In this document: in pieces, positions 23,834 through 36,866 of the stretch
How the letters are laid out: each line of letters begins with the position of its first letter
Position numbering within the stretch: position 1 is the first letter of the stretch
Made by a program: the position numbers and the translations under genes
Assembly: GCA_038496445.1 (NCBI GenBank)
Contig: JALMLS010000376.1
Span: 744,001-808,000, forward strand
Length of the DNA stretch: 64,000 bases
DNA from: Trichosphaerium sp. ATCC 40318
Lineage: Eukaryota > Protista > Tubulinea
Direction: 5' to 3'
Notes under the pieces: model-generated
Told to the model about the DNA's origin: nothing
The model's input: only the letters and a program-made list of their open reading frames with translations
Database searches by the model: none

Positions 23834-25905
23834 TCAAACAACTACATTCTAAAAGCTTACGTCAAAAATCTTATTTTTTTCTGTTTTTTCACTCATGTGG
23901 AAAAAACTTACCGATTGTGCCTGTTTGATGACACCTAGTTGCTTTTTTCGTCTTGAATACCTGTAAGGAATGACACGATCACTAGGTAAAATTCAGAAAC
24001 ACTTAGAATAGTGTAAAGCAAAAAAAAGTTGCTGCAGCCTCTATACCTTACTGCAGGCACGAAATACACTACCAGTAGTATTATTACAATTAATATTATT
24101 AAAGTAGCACCAATAACTAGACCTATCACACCACCATTCTATACAGGAATAGTGTAAATACACTATTTGGAACACAATAATTTGAAGAAAAAAATAGCGT
24201 ACAGAAAAACTGTTCTCCTTGGCACATTTGTCAGAGGTCCTAAATACCACAGACAAAGAGTTCTGGAAACTTTTGTTTTCTATTTCAGCAACAAGATCCA
24301 AGCAATCATCTTTAAGATCGGTGCCTTCAACATTAAGCTTCGCATTCGATGTGATAATATCACAATTTGCTGTTACTATATTAACAATCTCAAGTTCACG
24401 TCTATTAAAGGAGTTAAACAAATAACATGATTGGGGTAGGTGATTTCTGCCAGGAGTACACTCCATTTACGCAATGAACTCTGAATCAAGAATAATACTT
24501 GGTTACAATCCCACGTGATAATGCATAAACTTACTTTCTAATTTTCTCAAGATCTTCATCTGTCAATGTAATATTTAAGTTTCCTTCAAGTATCAAGCAA
24601 TCATCAACAGTGATATTTCCGAGACCAGTAGAATAAACCAACGTATTATTGGTACCTATCGTCAGATTTCCTAAAACGAACGTATGTATGTTATTTTTTC
24701 TGCACAAAACTAAAAAACGCTACCAAAGATCCTGAGAGGTATGAAATTAGGTACAATGTTGCCCACTGTATTGCCGGGGATCTCCCAACCTTTTGTTGCA
24801 CACACCGCGTTTGGATGAGGTTTATCACAACCACAAGTACTACAAAGAACTGGTTGCACTGGAGCTGCTGTAGGAAAAGATGTCGCGTTTTCCATTGTAG
24901 CGTTTTGTCTTATGAAACGAACTGCTGGAGAAAGTAAAGCTGCATTTCTTTGTATAAATGTTTCAGGGCTTCCTTGTACTATAGGACACTTTGATGTTTC
25001 AGTTGCCAGTAGCTCGAGGTCAGCAAACAAAACAACGTTTCCTAGAAACAAAAACATGAGAACTTAATGTTGGAACATCAAAAAAGTGTTGTGCTTACCT
25101 TCATGTCCAATCAAAACATTCAAGTCATTACTTCCTTGAATTGTTGCTATTTTGGATGACGTGTCCCTTATTATAGTTGATGGCCCAAATGTACGAGGTT
25201 TAGTAGAAGTATCACCTATTTGAGTTATATTTAGGAACTCGTTGAAACCATTTGGAATACTAACAGTCTAAATAAAGCGAATAAGATGCTATACTATACA
25301 AGAAATGGCTTCACAAGCTCTCCAAAATAGTTACAGGTCTCTTTTAGAAGCTATCTCAATTTAACTGTAGACGAAAGCAGAAAAAAACTACAAAATTCAC
25401 AAAAACAAAAAGATAAAAATAAAATTTTCACGTGACCAAAAAGCGTACAGTACAACCGTTGTTAAAGGCTTGTGTTGATGCCCTCATACTAAGACCAAAG
25501 TATTCCATAAGCGTGTTTGTAATAGGAGCGACAGTGGCGTCAAAAGCGACCCATAAATGACCATTTCTAGAAGCGTATGTTTGCAAAGCTGTGCGTTCTG
25601 CTAGACTGAAATCTCTTCTTGTGTCGATTACAACAAGGCTATAAGGCGATAAATCACTTGGTATGACTTCAATGCAATCCACAAGCTCTTCAGGCCACGT
25701 TTCGTTAAATAAAGCGTTATTTGCGTTGCATACGCTCGCCTGTTCGGTTCGTGGTACAGATTCTTGTAGAAATAGTCTTCCGCCATGCTGAGCATTGCAA
25801 ATGGTAATAAACAATGCGTATAGTGCTATTCAAAGTAAGTACAGTTCGAGTAGTTGTTATTCTAGCTAGCGTACCAAATAAGTGTATAATCTTCGGTGTT
25901 AGCAT
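23834..25905 (-). CDS. Secreted single-pass cell-surface protein with Cys-containing juxtamembrane domain
   Basis: MLTPKIIHLF|ALYALFITICNAQ signal; GNVVLFADLE; CSTCGCDKPHPNAVCATKGW; TM VIGLVIGATLIILIVIILLVVYFVPAV; basic cytosolic tail. Confidence 0.78.
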
Positions 25906-26788
25906 AATTTTTGCTGTGTGGCGTCTAATGTGGGTGTGTTGTGATTCTACAAGAAATACGATTTTTAAAGACCTGAAAGCGCGGTTTCGCAGAAAGTGTC
26001 TAACTGGAGAACTTGTATTGTTGTAAATGAGGTAAAACAATGTTGCCTTAAACGAATGTAGGCTTGATTTGGTACCAATCGCTATTTTAGTCAAAAGAGT
26101 CTCAAATTGTTTTCGAAATAATTCGAAGTTTGGGATCCCTCCGGTTTGAGGAAACAGGACTTCGTCATTCTTTAATACTTCTATATTATAGTACGCACAT
26201 GTTGTTACTTACATTTCATTAGAAAAGAACAAGTTGAGAGATAGTTACAAGATAGATACAATACATTGTTGATTGTATGTAAATAATAGTTGCTTGTCAT
26301 TTTCGTACTTTACTGATGTTCGTATTGTTCAGTGGGAAACATCAATTTACTCTTTTTTGATGAGTCTCACAAATGCCAGGAGCTCCATAATGTTCAACAA
26401 ATAGTGTTTGTTGCTAGAACGAATCAATGTAACGACGCTACTGTTGAGAAAAACTATGTCTTTCAGAATTTTGGTGGCGACTAGACTACCAAGAATACCA
26501 TTGAAGTAAGTCAGATAGTGGTTAAGTTGGCGAAGATTTACCACGTGCAAACAATAGAACACAAAAAGACCTGTTAACCTGTTTAATGATACTAACAAGT
26601 AGAAATATAGTGCGGAGAGCATGTAAAACGCGAATATGTAGCACTGAGTACGCAATTACATAAAAAAAAGGGTACAGATATCTTATTACGCAAATAGAAA
26701 GAACTCTACATGTATTAGGACAAAAACCAGGCAAAATCATAGCGTATCGGTTAGATAACTATGCAAACTGTTCTCTTACGCTATTTAG

Positions 26789-28647
26789 TCATGTAAAACG
26801 CTTGAAAACATACCCTATGGGTCTGTGTGGACAGGTGAACTGTTAGATTGTTAAAACGCTCTAAAACCACTTAGAATTCACTCCACTCGCAATAGAATCG
26901 AAGGCAATAAACATGGGACAAGGTTAGACGCACTAAGGCTCTGAAATCCAAACAAGGCATTTAGGTTTTCCGGACTTCGCGCCAGAAAAGTTCGTTCTGG
27001 ACGCTACAAAACAAGCCATTGATGATAACGTTAGTGTTGTCACTTTCTTATTAAACAATGTTTAAGTAGTTTTATAGGTTTTACAATACACAAGAAGTCA
27101 AGGACACGTGCCACTTGTTACAGCACTTGCTTCTTCGTATGAAAAAAAATTGGATAGAAAGTTGGATGCAATGAAGAACATACTGGTTACCAATGGCGCT
27201 CAAACAGGTGGGATTTTGTCTTTTAGTTGTTGCTTATATTAGTAGCGTTGTATTGGTTTGCTCAAGCGTTCCTTAATCACGGAGATGAGGCTATTATTAT
27301 AGAACCATTTTATGACTCTTATCCCACGGATATTGTAATTGTCTTATATTCTATCTCACCTAATTTCATCGTAGACTATAGCTGGTGGTAAAGTAGTATC
27401 TGTTTCGCTAAAACCACAAGGAGATAATATCACATCTTCAAGCCAATGGCGTCTTGATATGGCTGAACTTGAGTCAAAGATTACATCATCAACAAAAATG
27501 CTGTACTTCAACAATCCTCAAAATATCCCAGGCAAGGTAAAACCAGTAGAGTACTTTATCAGAAAGCCACAATACCCATAATTTCAAAGCATTACCAAAC
27601 TCTTCCCTATAACTGATTAAAGTGGCCATATGTTTCACTAACCATACCTCCAGGTGTACACAAAGGAAGAGATGGAGTCTATTGCTGCAATTGCTATTAA
27701 ACATGATTTGATTGTTGTTGCAGATGAAGTATACCAAGATATGGTATACGACGGTTTAGAGCACATCCACATGGCTACTATTCCAGGTTGCTACTTCCGA
27801 GTATTCTTTTTTACAACGCTTACTATTGTTTTTTATCAGGCATGTGGGAAAGAACTATATCTATTGGTAGTGCTGGTAAAACATTCTCGGTCACTGGCTT
27901 CAAAGTGAGTAATCTCTTTACATCTAATTAGATGGCTAATCTAACACCGTATTAAGGTTGGATGGACAGTGGGACATGAAGGTATTTCACACTTCTTAAA
28001 GTTACAAAATAGTTGATTGAGTTTTAGATCTTCTTGTGCCTTTGCATAAAATACAACAGAACGCAACGTTCTGTATTTGTACGACCATAAAAACTAATAT
28101 ATTTTAACGTATAATATTTCTAATAAATGTAGCGTCTTCGCTACAAGAAGGGATTGCAAGGTCCTTGGTAAGTACTGTTTAGGATTCCTAGTTTTGTAAC
28201 TTTTTTTGTACCAACTCAGACACAAGCACCGAGTTTAGACTATTTCACTAAATTTCAAGAAATGTACCAAGAAAAGAGAGATAGATTGTGTAGGATACTG
28301 ATGGAATGCAACTTACCACCTATAATTCCTCAAGGTACAGCGTTTTCTTATTGACATTTTATGGCAAACAAGTTGACTAACACTTTAAAAAAAAAGGAGC
28401 TTATTTCGCTTTGGCTGATATTTCAAATGTCGAACAATCTCGGTTCTACAATGCTTCAGATGAACGTCGTTTAGATCACCAATTCTGTAGATGGTTGACT
28501 ACAGAAGTAGGAGTATCTGCTATACCTGTAACGGCTTTTGTGTCATCAGAGAACAAACCTTTCTTTGAAAAGTATGTTCGATTTGCTTTTTGCAAAAGGG
28601 ATGATGCTATGGAACAAGCAGGAGAAATTCTAAAACGTTCGTTGTAA
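26789..28647 (+). CDS. PLP-dependent class I aminotransferase, kynurenine/glutamine transaminase (KYAT/CCBL-like); 5' exon uncertain
   Basis: SVWTEFTPLA...INMGQGFPDF; QYTRSQGH; EPFYDSY; NNPQNIPGK; ADEVYQDMVY; PLP-Lys motif SAGKTFSVTGFK; VRFAFCK. Confidence 0.93.
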
Positions 28648-29065
28648 ACAAAGCAATAAAGAAAAACCCCAGAAGTAATAATACTCATTTTTTATTATCG
28701 CATACAGATTAATAGTCACAATGTCGTCAAAGTTTTCTTATTTGTTTATAAAACATACAAATACATAAGTTGATACTAGTGTATCCACTCTACAAACCCT
28801 TTGTCAATCTGTAAGAAACAGTAATATGGAGAGGTTGCCTACTTGGCTAGCGTTTAGTAATTGTACAAGAATGCACAGTGTAAACTGGGGCAGAACAAAC
28901 ACGTGACTTTTACATAAACCAATATTTTGACTTGTTTATCTTCCCTCTTGCATTCACTCCTCAACTCGTGTACCCACCCACAGTTTCCCCACTACCTGGA
29001 ATTTTGTCTAATTTTCGTTCCCGTGGCACCCACAGTTGGAAATAGTTTCATTCTGCCCACCGATC

Positions 29066-29491
29066 ATGACAACAGGTGTTTGCCATCCTATCCCTACGAC
29101 ACTAAAAGAGCGTGTTTTCCTTCTGGAACGTGATTTCATCATAAGGTTGTCAAGAGCTACAACTTTCGAGGAGGTTGTTTCAGTGTTGGAATCTATCTAC
29201 ACAAAGCAGCATACGTTCACTTTCTACATTAATGGTAAGCTCAAGTATGAGTACAATAGCATAAAAGAATGGGCTGAAACCGTCGATGACGATATGAAAG
29301 CAGCGTACCTAGAAGGGACATCAATAGTTGGAAATATGGAATTTTCTGAGGAGACAATGACTTTGAAAGGATTTTTCTACCAATTCAAGGGAGGCAAGAT
29401 AGCGACATCTGACTATTGTGTCGGAAAGGTTGCAATAGAAGATGGTAAAGTACTATTCAAGCATGCAGAGATATACTATGACTACCTTTAA
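29066..29491 (+). CDS. Intronless hypothetical protein (141 aa), possibly NTF2/SnoaL-like fold
   Basis: Clean ORF with coding-like composition, AATAAA overlapping the stop; helix-then-strand pattern ending ..EDGKV.. Confidence 0.6.
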   Translation: MTTGVCHPIPTTLKERVFLLERDFIIRLSRATTFEEVVSVLESIYTKQHTFTFYINGKLKYEYNSIKEWAETVDDDMKAAYLEGTSIVGNMEFSEETMTLKGFFYQFKGGKIATSDYCVGKVAIEDGKVLFKHAEIYYDYL

Positions 29492-30314
29492 TAAACAGAA
29501 AGCTGTTAGTTTTGTCATACAAACTTTTTTCTTGTTTCTTTCTCTATTTTTGACATGTCAAAGTCCTATCATTGCTTGCAAAGGTAAACACGCTAAGTAA
29601 AAATGAGGTGGTTGAGTCTCAGCGGGCTTGGTTAATGATCATGGATTCTAGACTTTTCGTCTTTCACTTTGACACAGTCTTTCATCCATTTTTTTGATCA
29701 TATCTTGAACAAAGCCAACTCTCGGGTTTATGTTCCAAGATACACAGATACAACGAAATTAACTTTCATCAATTGTATCTCCGTTATGCCACGCAAATAT
29801 AGACATTGGAGCACCTCTGCTGGGGGTTTTATTTGACATATATGCTTGCGTCGTATCTATCTCTTTGCATTTCAAATTTACCTTTATCAGCGGAAAGGTT
29901 TAGATTGACGCATATATGCACTCACCCTTGATAGTACAAAGGAAAAAAATGTGTTAAAATACAATTCAATTTCTGGTTTCTAAAAATTGTGGGCGTACTA
30001 ATACTGCTTCTAGAAGGCCCTTGATGTAATGTAGAATATAGCTATAAAAACGTTATTCGGCTACGTGTCGACTACATGTAAAAACTATGATTACGTAAGC
30101 AAAAAGTGCACATATTCACTGAATAATGTTGGACTATCACCGCTTTTAGCTTCGCAAACGCTGAAGAACAGCCCGCGCTTGTACTAAAATAGTGTAAAAA
30201 TGTCATACAACCAAGGAGAACATGTAACGAAACGGAAAACCAAACTGAGAAATTGTATTAGCAAGATTACAATAATTATACTTCTTTATTTTTTATTTAC
30301 AACTTTTTCGCTCA

Positions 30315-33300
30315 CTACTGGAACCCACTGGAGCTATCAGAATCATCATTTGTTCGCCCAGATGTATCAGTCATAGATGAAGACCTAACAAAAAGTGTAA
30401 ACTCTCAAAAGTCAATCCACAAACAAACAACAAACAAACGCCCAAAAATTCCCACAATAATTTGTACGTACAAAAATGATTGCATCTCTGAATCTGAAGC
30501 TATAGTAGTAACATCATCATACATAAAGTCTTCAGAAGATCCTACAGTACTAGTAGCATCCTCTTCATAACCACTACAATCAAAGTTAACAAAAAAAAAC
30601 TCATAAGTGCTTGACAATCAAAGGTACCGATTATTTGTATCCCAGTTATACTTAGAAAACTTAAGTTTAACTTTTTTGTGTCTCCCAGCATATAGCTTTC
30701 TCCAATCTTCACTATTCTTCATATACTTATGTAAGAATGCTAGTATATTATCCTAGAATAACTATTAAGCATATACAATAAAGATAAAGAGCCACATACG
30801 TTTGTTTTACCGAAATCGAACTTATACCACAAGAACAATGATGAACATGTCACTGTTGCTTTAGCAATATCTACAGTTGTTTCTTCTTGAACAAAGCTCT
30901 CTGTAGCCCATTGTAGAGCCCGTTCAACATTATCTGCTTTAAATACACGAATAGGCGGGCAAGACTTGGCCCTATGAACGCGTTACGAAACCAGTAAACG
31001 AGCTGTGATAGACATACCCGCAAACAAGAGCAAAGTGGATTCTGGGATCGAACGTTCTAATAACATATCGTCGACGTTGATTTGACTTTGAAAATTGCTT
31101 CTTAAAGCTTCCTGGTCTCTTCCTGTTTCCTAAAACCTGGTTTTAGAAAAAAAAAGATGCCAGCCAGTCTACAAGTTTATTACCTCTCAGAATACCATGC
31201 TCTATATCATTCATAGTATACCGCAACCCTCCTATAATGTATGATATTCCATTAAAGAATCTCAAACGCTGCAACGCAGTCGTTGGTGGACCAAACGCAA
31301 TATTTGCATGTATAACCAATACGTTATAAATATTTATAAAGAATGCTTTCTTTTCGCGTTCTGTAAGCGTTGACAAATCCAACTAATTAGATATGTTAAG
31401 TAATGGTTAACCACATTAAGTCTCATCATACTTTTTGCATCTCAAGTGAACTCTCCACAAACTTGTTGAATTCTGGTGCATGTCTAATTTCTTCGTAGTC
31501 TACACCACGTCCATCTGATGTAATAAACTTGTCTGCTAAAGACAAGCAAGCTTCTTGAAGTTCTGCAGCTATTGTTGCTGCTCCTCTAGGCTGGTCTGTA
31601 TACAATCGTCTCATATTAAGTATTTTCCGGTCTTTGTCAGCCTTGAAGAGGTGTCAGAAGAGAAATTATAATATCAATAGCAACACGTACGTGAAAGCGA
31701 TAAAACAACTTGGGATTGAACACCTCACCGCCTTTTGACAGAGGATAAAAGTATTGATTTTCCAAAAGCTGCTTTACAAGTGTGGTCACAGCCTCTTCGT
31801 TCATTGGAGTTTGTTCTATCAACCAAGCGACAATATCTTTCCCCTTTTTGGTTCTTTTAGCAAACACATAAAGAGAGATTCACTACATACCTTAAAACTT
31901 CTCCTGTAACGCTTCATCTTAGATATATGAGTATTCACACTGAATTTTTCGCTTTTTCCTCCATTTCCACGTAGTGTCAAATAAATAGGACATAGAGCGC
32001 TTAGTTTTAAGGAGGACTCAGCCTTCTCTAGAGAATCATCTGGTGGCTGTAACATATTTATAGGTGCTGGGCTTGCCATACACTGAGCAAGTTTCTCTCT
32101 TAATTGTTCTGCATTATGTAGAGCTTCTAGTTCAGCATAACCCTACGTAAATGTGTAAGTAACAAAGCCAAAGTGAGGCAAAAGTGTCAGCAGCGTTTTT
32201 CAAAAAACAAGTGCCAGGAGTGCATCCTTGTGGCACATGTTCGAAAGAAACAAGCACCCCTTTTTTACCAGCGCTTTTGGTTCTCTAAATTATTTGTTTT
32301 TCGAAACGACCACGTACGCCAATATGTTCTGCATTAAAAAATATCTGAGGTACAGATTTTTTACCACCTGAAAGTTTAGACATTTCAACACGTCTATCAG
32401 GATGCTTAACAAGGTCAATAAGCACAAACTCTGCATTGTATTCCCCAAAAAGCCTTTTAGCTAATGTACAATAATGACACCCAGTAGTAACAAACATAAT
32501 AATTCTCCCCAACTTTTCTATTGGTAAACAAAATGTGAGAACGTTTTGAGAAAAAAAAAACAAGAACATACTTGTTGAGCGCTCTTCTCCCTTCTTATCT
32601 TGTGTGCTGTTAGTATACTTTATATTCCACTGAGTAATCAGACCACGAGCACTAGCAATACCTACAATATGAAATAAGCTTTCACTCAACCCACCTTTAA
32701 CATCATCACAAAAAAAAACGCACATAATAAATCTCCAACCAAACGCATGGTTTTAATCTCAGCATCTTGCCCTTTGTAAATGGACTTACAAGCGCCTGTT
32801 TTCCAATTCCATCTACGAACAGTCTTATCTGCGCTACCGCTGTACAGAAATTTATCATCTGTTTCAAGAATTAGAGAAACGGAATTCAACGCTGTCAAAC
32901 AAAAAAAAAAAGTCAGAAGAAGTCTTACCATCATCAAGAAGCAAGCAAGTAACCTTGGAGTTATGACCACTGAATACCTTTGATACACGCCCATTCCTTG
33001 TATTTATCATTAAAATATCAGCACCACTTGGAACAAATACATTGTCTTCTCTACAAAAAAAAAATAAATAAGCATAAAACTACGTAATCTCAATGCCGTT
33101 GGTTTTTTTTTGTACCTAAAGTAAATATGCATCACAGTGTGGAAGATATTCAAAGTTTTCAGAGCCTCTCCTGTCTTAGCATTCCATAACCGAACAGTAT
33201 CATCTCTAGACCCAGAGTATACGATCCATTCATTAACTTGAACACACACAACCATGTCAGTGTGTCCAACAAAATCGACTCTCTCGCCAAGGTTCGATAT

Positions 33301-34431
33301 ATTCCATGAACGAACAGTACAATCTGCAGACCCTGAAAACAACATGTTTTCTTGAATATCTAAACACGTAATGACATCCGTATGTCCTTCTAACTTCATC
33401 AAAGCCTTTTCATCGAACGACTAAAACAACGATTAATACTGTGGTCAGAGAGAGACGACTTATTTTTTGCTAGAAGGAAAGATATTGCATAAAAAACTGT
33501 TTTGTTTTCATGAACGGAGAAATAGACAATTTTACTTGTAGGTACCTGACTTGTCATTACTGTAGAGGAAGGTGTTACTATATCTGTAGTAGATGGTGTG
33601 CTAATAGGCGATTTTCCACTAAAATACAAGTAGTTAGTAACCTGAATTCTCTATGTTAACGTGAATATACCCTGCGAAACGTTTATTACGCTTGCTTAGC
33701 TTATTTAGATTCCAAACTAAAATTGTTGCATCAGCAGAAGCAGTAAATAACCTTTGAGACTTTTCATATTGAGTGTCAATTATAAACTGTGTAACATAGT
33801 CTGTGTGTCCTGTAAACTTTTGTATCACTTCTTGCTCCTAGAGAGAAAAAACACCGTTAGTCTATCCCTTTTGCCCTTATTTGTCTAAATTCTAGCAACG
33901 TACATGTGTACTCCAAACGCACACGCTATGATCGAACGATGTAAAAATAATACAACCCTCATGAGTGCCAGTTCGTATACGATTACCCTTTTGCGCGTTA
34001 ATTCGTTGTAAATACCTAGGACAATGCTATTGCCCTTTGTAATCATGATAGCGTGCCTTTGGAAGGTCATTCAAAAAAGCAACGCACTGTCCAGACTAAA
34101 ACGCGTCAAAATCAGTAATGTTAGTGATAGTCGCGAAATAAGCTGTACAGACGCTTTGCTATTTTTGCACAAACAGTAAAACAACGAATACTCTTAACAT
34201 CGCTCTATAACTATTACCACGCACCTTAATATTCCATACACGCAGTGTTCCATCATACGACAAGGTATACAGAAAGTCTTCGTAGCCTTCTATGCGATAA
34301 ACGCCTGCGTCATGACCACGTAAATCTCTTAGGGGATGCTCGTGTATAATCTGACAATAATTACGGGTGTTTTACAAAGCTGATTATCAAACCTTATCCT
34401 CCTTTCCTCTGGCCGCTGTTCTCCTCAACAT
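30315..34431 (-). CDS. WD40-repeat + glutaredoxin + DEP + DUF547 multidomain protein
   Basis: WD repeats (GHDAGV...YDGTLRVWNI; GHTDVITCL...SGSADCTVRSWN); GRX GCHYC...SVPQIFFN; DEP-like FSVNTHISKMKRYRRSF and KGKDIVAWL; DUF547 KAFFINIYN...IEHGILRGN...DPRIHFALVC|GAKSCPPI. Confidence 0.88.
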
Positions 34432-34657
34432 TACGCTTATTAAGCTATTAGAAGCTTTTGCGTCAATACTATCGTATCAGCCAGTTATGTACTATAAGAT
34501 AGTCGTATACTAATCCTCGGTCCTAAATACGCAAGATCCGGGTAGACAGCAAAGTGTACATCGTGTGATGTCGCGAAAATAGTCAAATTTCGTTCTATCC
34601 GAAAAATCCAACCAAGGCAATAAAATTCATCAATTGATAGCTCTTGTTTAAGTACAT

Positions 34658-35263
34658 ATGGTTCCTAAAGGCATTGTTAAACGGAAAGGCCCACAAAAGG
34701 TGTTAAAATAAAAATATTCTGTATTCGTAGAAACTAATCAAGTGAAGGCTAAAACGCCTGCACAAATGATAACAGAGCTTGCTAACATAAAAAAAATGCT
34801 TAAACAATATTCTGAACGGCTATCAAAAATAAAACAAACAAAAGACGCAACAGACGATCCTAAAGATGAAGGTAACGCGTATTTTGATATTAGTTGTAAG
34901 AATTTATTTTGTTAGGCTCCTCTTTCGATGAAAACGATGAGCCATCCACCGACAGCGAAATGGCACAAGAGTTAGATGATATGGTAGCTGAACTGGACAC
35001 ACCAAAGAATATTGCAGTTTGGAAGCGGAAGGAGAAGAATTTCAGACTTACAGAGCGTTGTAAGAAGTCTCCTGAAAAGGACTATTTATGCAGGGACTGT
35101 AAAGAGGCATTTACAAGACGTGGTGATAGGTACATGGAAAAACAATAAAGATTCTAAATCCAGAAAGTTGACAACTCTTTTTTATTCTAGGGATAACCAC
35201 GAATCACGTTTGGGACACTTTAAATGGAGAACAGGCAAAACACCTTACCTTAGCTTTGTTTAA
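34658..35263 (+). CDS. Small protein with one C2H2 zinc finger
   Basis: 4 exons; YLCRDCKEAFTRRGDR|DNHESRLGH (C-x2-C-x12-H-x5-H). Confidence 0.72.
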
Positions 35264-35579
35264 TATGCGGTTTTGTAACGGAAGAAGTAGTAAAGAATGT
35301 ATTATAATAAACAAGATTTTTTGTTGCAACAACAATAAGAAAAATAAGGGAAAACTCACCTTTTTTGCTTGATACTTGGCTTTGGACCTATGTAAGCGAA
35401 TCTCATGGACAGTGATAGCATGTAGAACTTAATAAAAGCACATGGTACAACACCAAAACATTTTTAAAGTTAGCGTAATCGATTACAATTTTTGTTGCTG
35501 AGTTTCTTGTACTGAGTTGGTACAAATATCACTGTGACTTTTACAGTGAGAATTCTTCGTAAAATAACAGTCAGCCGGA

Positions 35580-36041
35580 ATGAAAATGATCTCACAACGA
35601 AAGCAACGACACCTGTCAATGGACAATAGACTTTCATTACTATCACTACCATTTGATATTCACTATCTTATCTTCAACACTGACAATGAAGCTTACTTCC
35701 TATGGCCTCTGTTGAATAGACAAGCTGCAACTTCAAGTCGCTTCAACGACGACATGGAGAGAAACGGTAGGTTTAAAATATGGCTAAGACAAGGAGTAAA
35801 CACAATAGATGATAAGTATACAAGATTAGAACACCATTATAAAGACGGGAAGCTTCATGGAGAAAGCAGTGTTTGGTATCCAAATAATCAACTCAAATCG
35901 CATTATATGTATTGTAATGGTAAAAAGGATGGTCTGTGTAGTCAGTACTATCTAAATGGTGTACTCAAACAAGAAGAAATCTTTAACATGGGAAAGTGTA
36001 CATCGTTTCGTTGTTGGAACAAAAACGGCGAAGAGCTATAA
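35580..36041 (+). CDS. F-box-like + MORN-variant (MORN_2/YwqK-type) repeat protein, copy 1 (~3 repeats)
   Basis: LLSLPFDIHYLI...WPLLNRQAATSSRF; repeats HYKDGKLHGESSVWYPNNQLK, MYCNGKKDGLCSQYYLNGVLK. Confidence 0.85.
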   Translation: MKMISQRKQRHLSMDNRLSLLSLPFDIHYLIFNTDNEAYFLWPLLNRQAATSSRFNDDMERNGRFKIWLRQGVNTIDDKYTRLEHHYKDGKLHGESSVWYPNNQLKSHYMYCNGKKDGLCSQYYLNGVLKQEEIFNMGKCTSFRCWNKNGEEL

Positions 36042-36293
36042 TAACAGCTTCAACAAGAATGCCCTCAAAGAGATCTCTTTTATTTTTCTGCACAACACAA
36101 ACCTAATGAATAAAAATCAAGCGAACAAATTCAATCGATTGGCTTTTGTTATTTTATTTGGCACGTGATCACAAAGATTGTGATCACCAACTTTTTGGCT
36201 TTTTCCCGTTGTTTTTTTGGAACACTTGATTGTATTACAAAGATGGCGCAGATGATGATTGTGAAGACTCTTCCCATCTGTGTCGATATTATT

Positions 36294-36730
36294 TGACTTG
36301 GAAAGAAGAAAGAAATGAGCATTTTCTTTGACCCAATCTTCAAGACTCTAATGAGAAAGGTCAGTATATTATATGTACCATTGGAGATCTACCAAGTAAC
36401 ATTTCTACATTATGTGCTTGTGGATGACATTGTTCAAAATTGTTATGCTATGGCATTAGAACTTCTCTTGCAAACTTCTCTGTCATCCCACAATCAATAC
36501 AATACTTTACCCAAACTTCGCCTGGAAGATTCACCAGAAACAACTGTTCACTGACTGTAAAATTAACTGTAAGAAACATACTCTCAAACAATACCTATTT
36601 TGGTAAAATCTTCAAATATTTCATCACTTTCAAATCCTCTGGTCTTCCAAGTCCATGTGACTTCCATTTATGTTTTTTTCGGGCTCTCCAGTACAACATG
36701 CACGGGTTCAGCAACATCTCTACATGATAT
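36294..36730 (-). pseudogene. Inverted, disabled partial copy of the last three exons of the oxidoreductase-NmrA gene at 58139-61147
   Basis: Aligns with ~60649-61129 with introns at equivalent positions; +1 A in run at 36673-36679, a compensating -1, and TGG>TAG stop at 36448-36450. Confidence 0.88.
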
Positions 36731-36866
36731 CTAAATAATTAAGCATGTGCAAGAACACGACTTACCCAATGTTTATTAAGGCATACTTAGCTTGATAACG
36801 CGGAAAACTGCTGTTAAGCAAACTCTGATATAAGATTACAAATAAACAGTTTTAGTTTTTACATAT

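Noticed and set aside
26347-26740. Hydrophobic minus-strand ORFs upstream of the aminotransferase
   Set aside because: Non-ATG or weak starts, no motif; likely promoter or 5' region of the + strand gene
35580-36730. Single inverted segmental duplication of the 54.7-61.1 kb block (MORN gene + NmrA end)
   Set aside because: Order and orientation do not match a simple inversion, the F-box/RCC1 gene is absent, and the MORN copies are far more diverged than the NmrA tract
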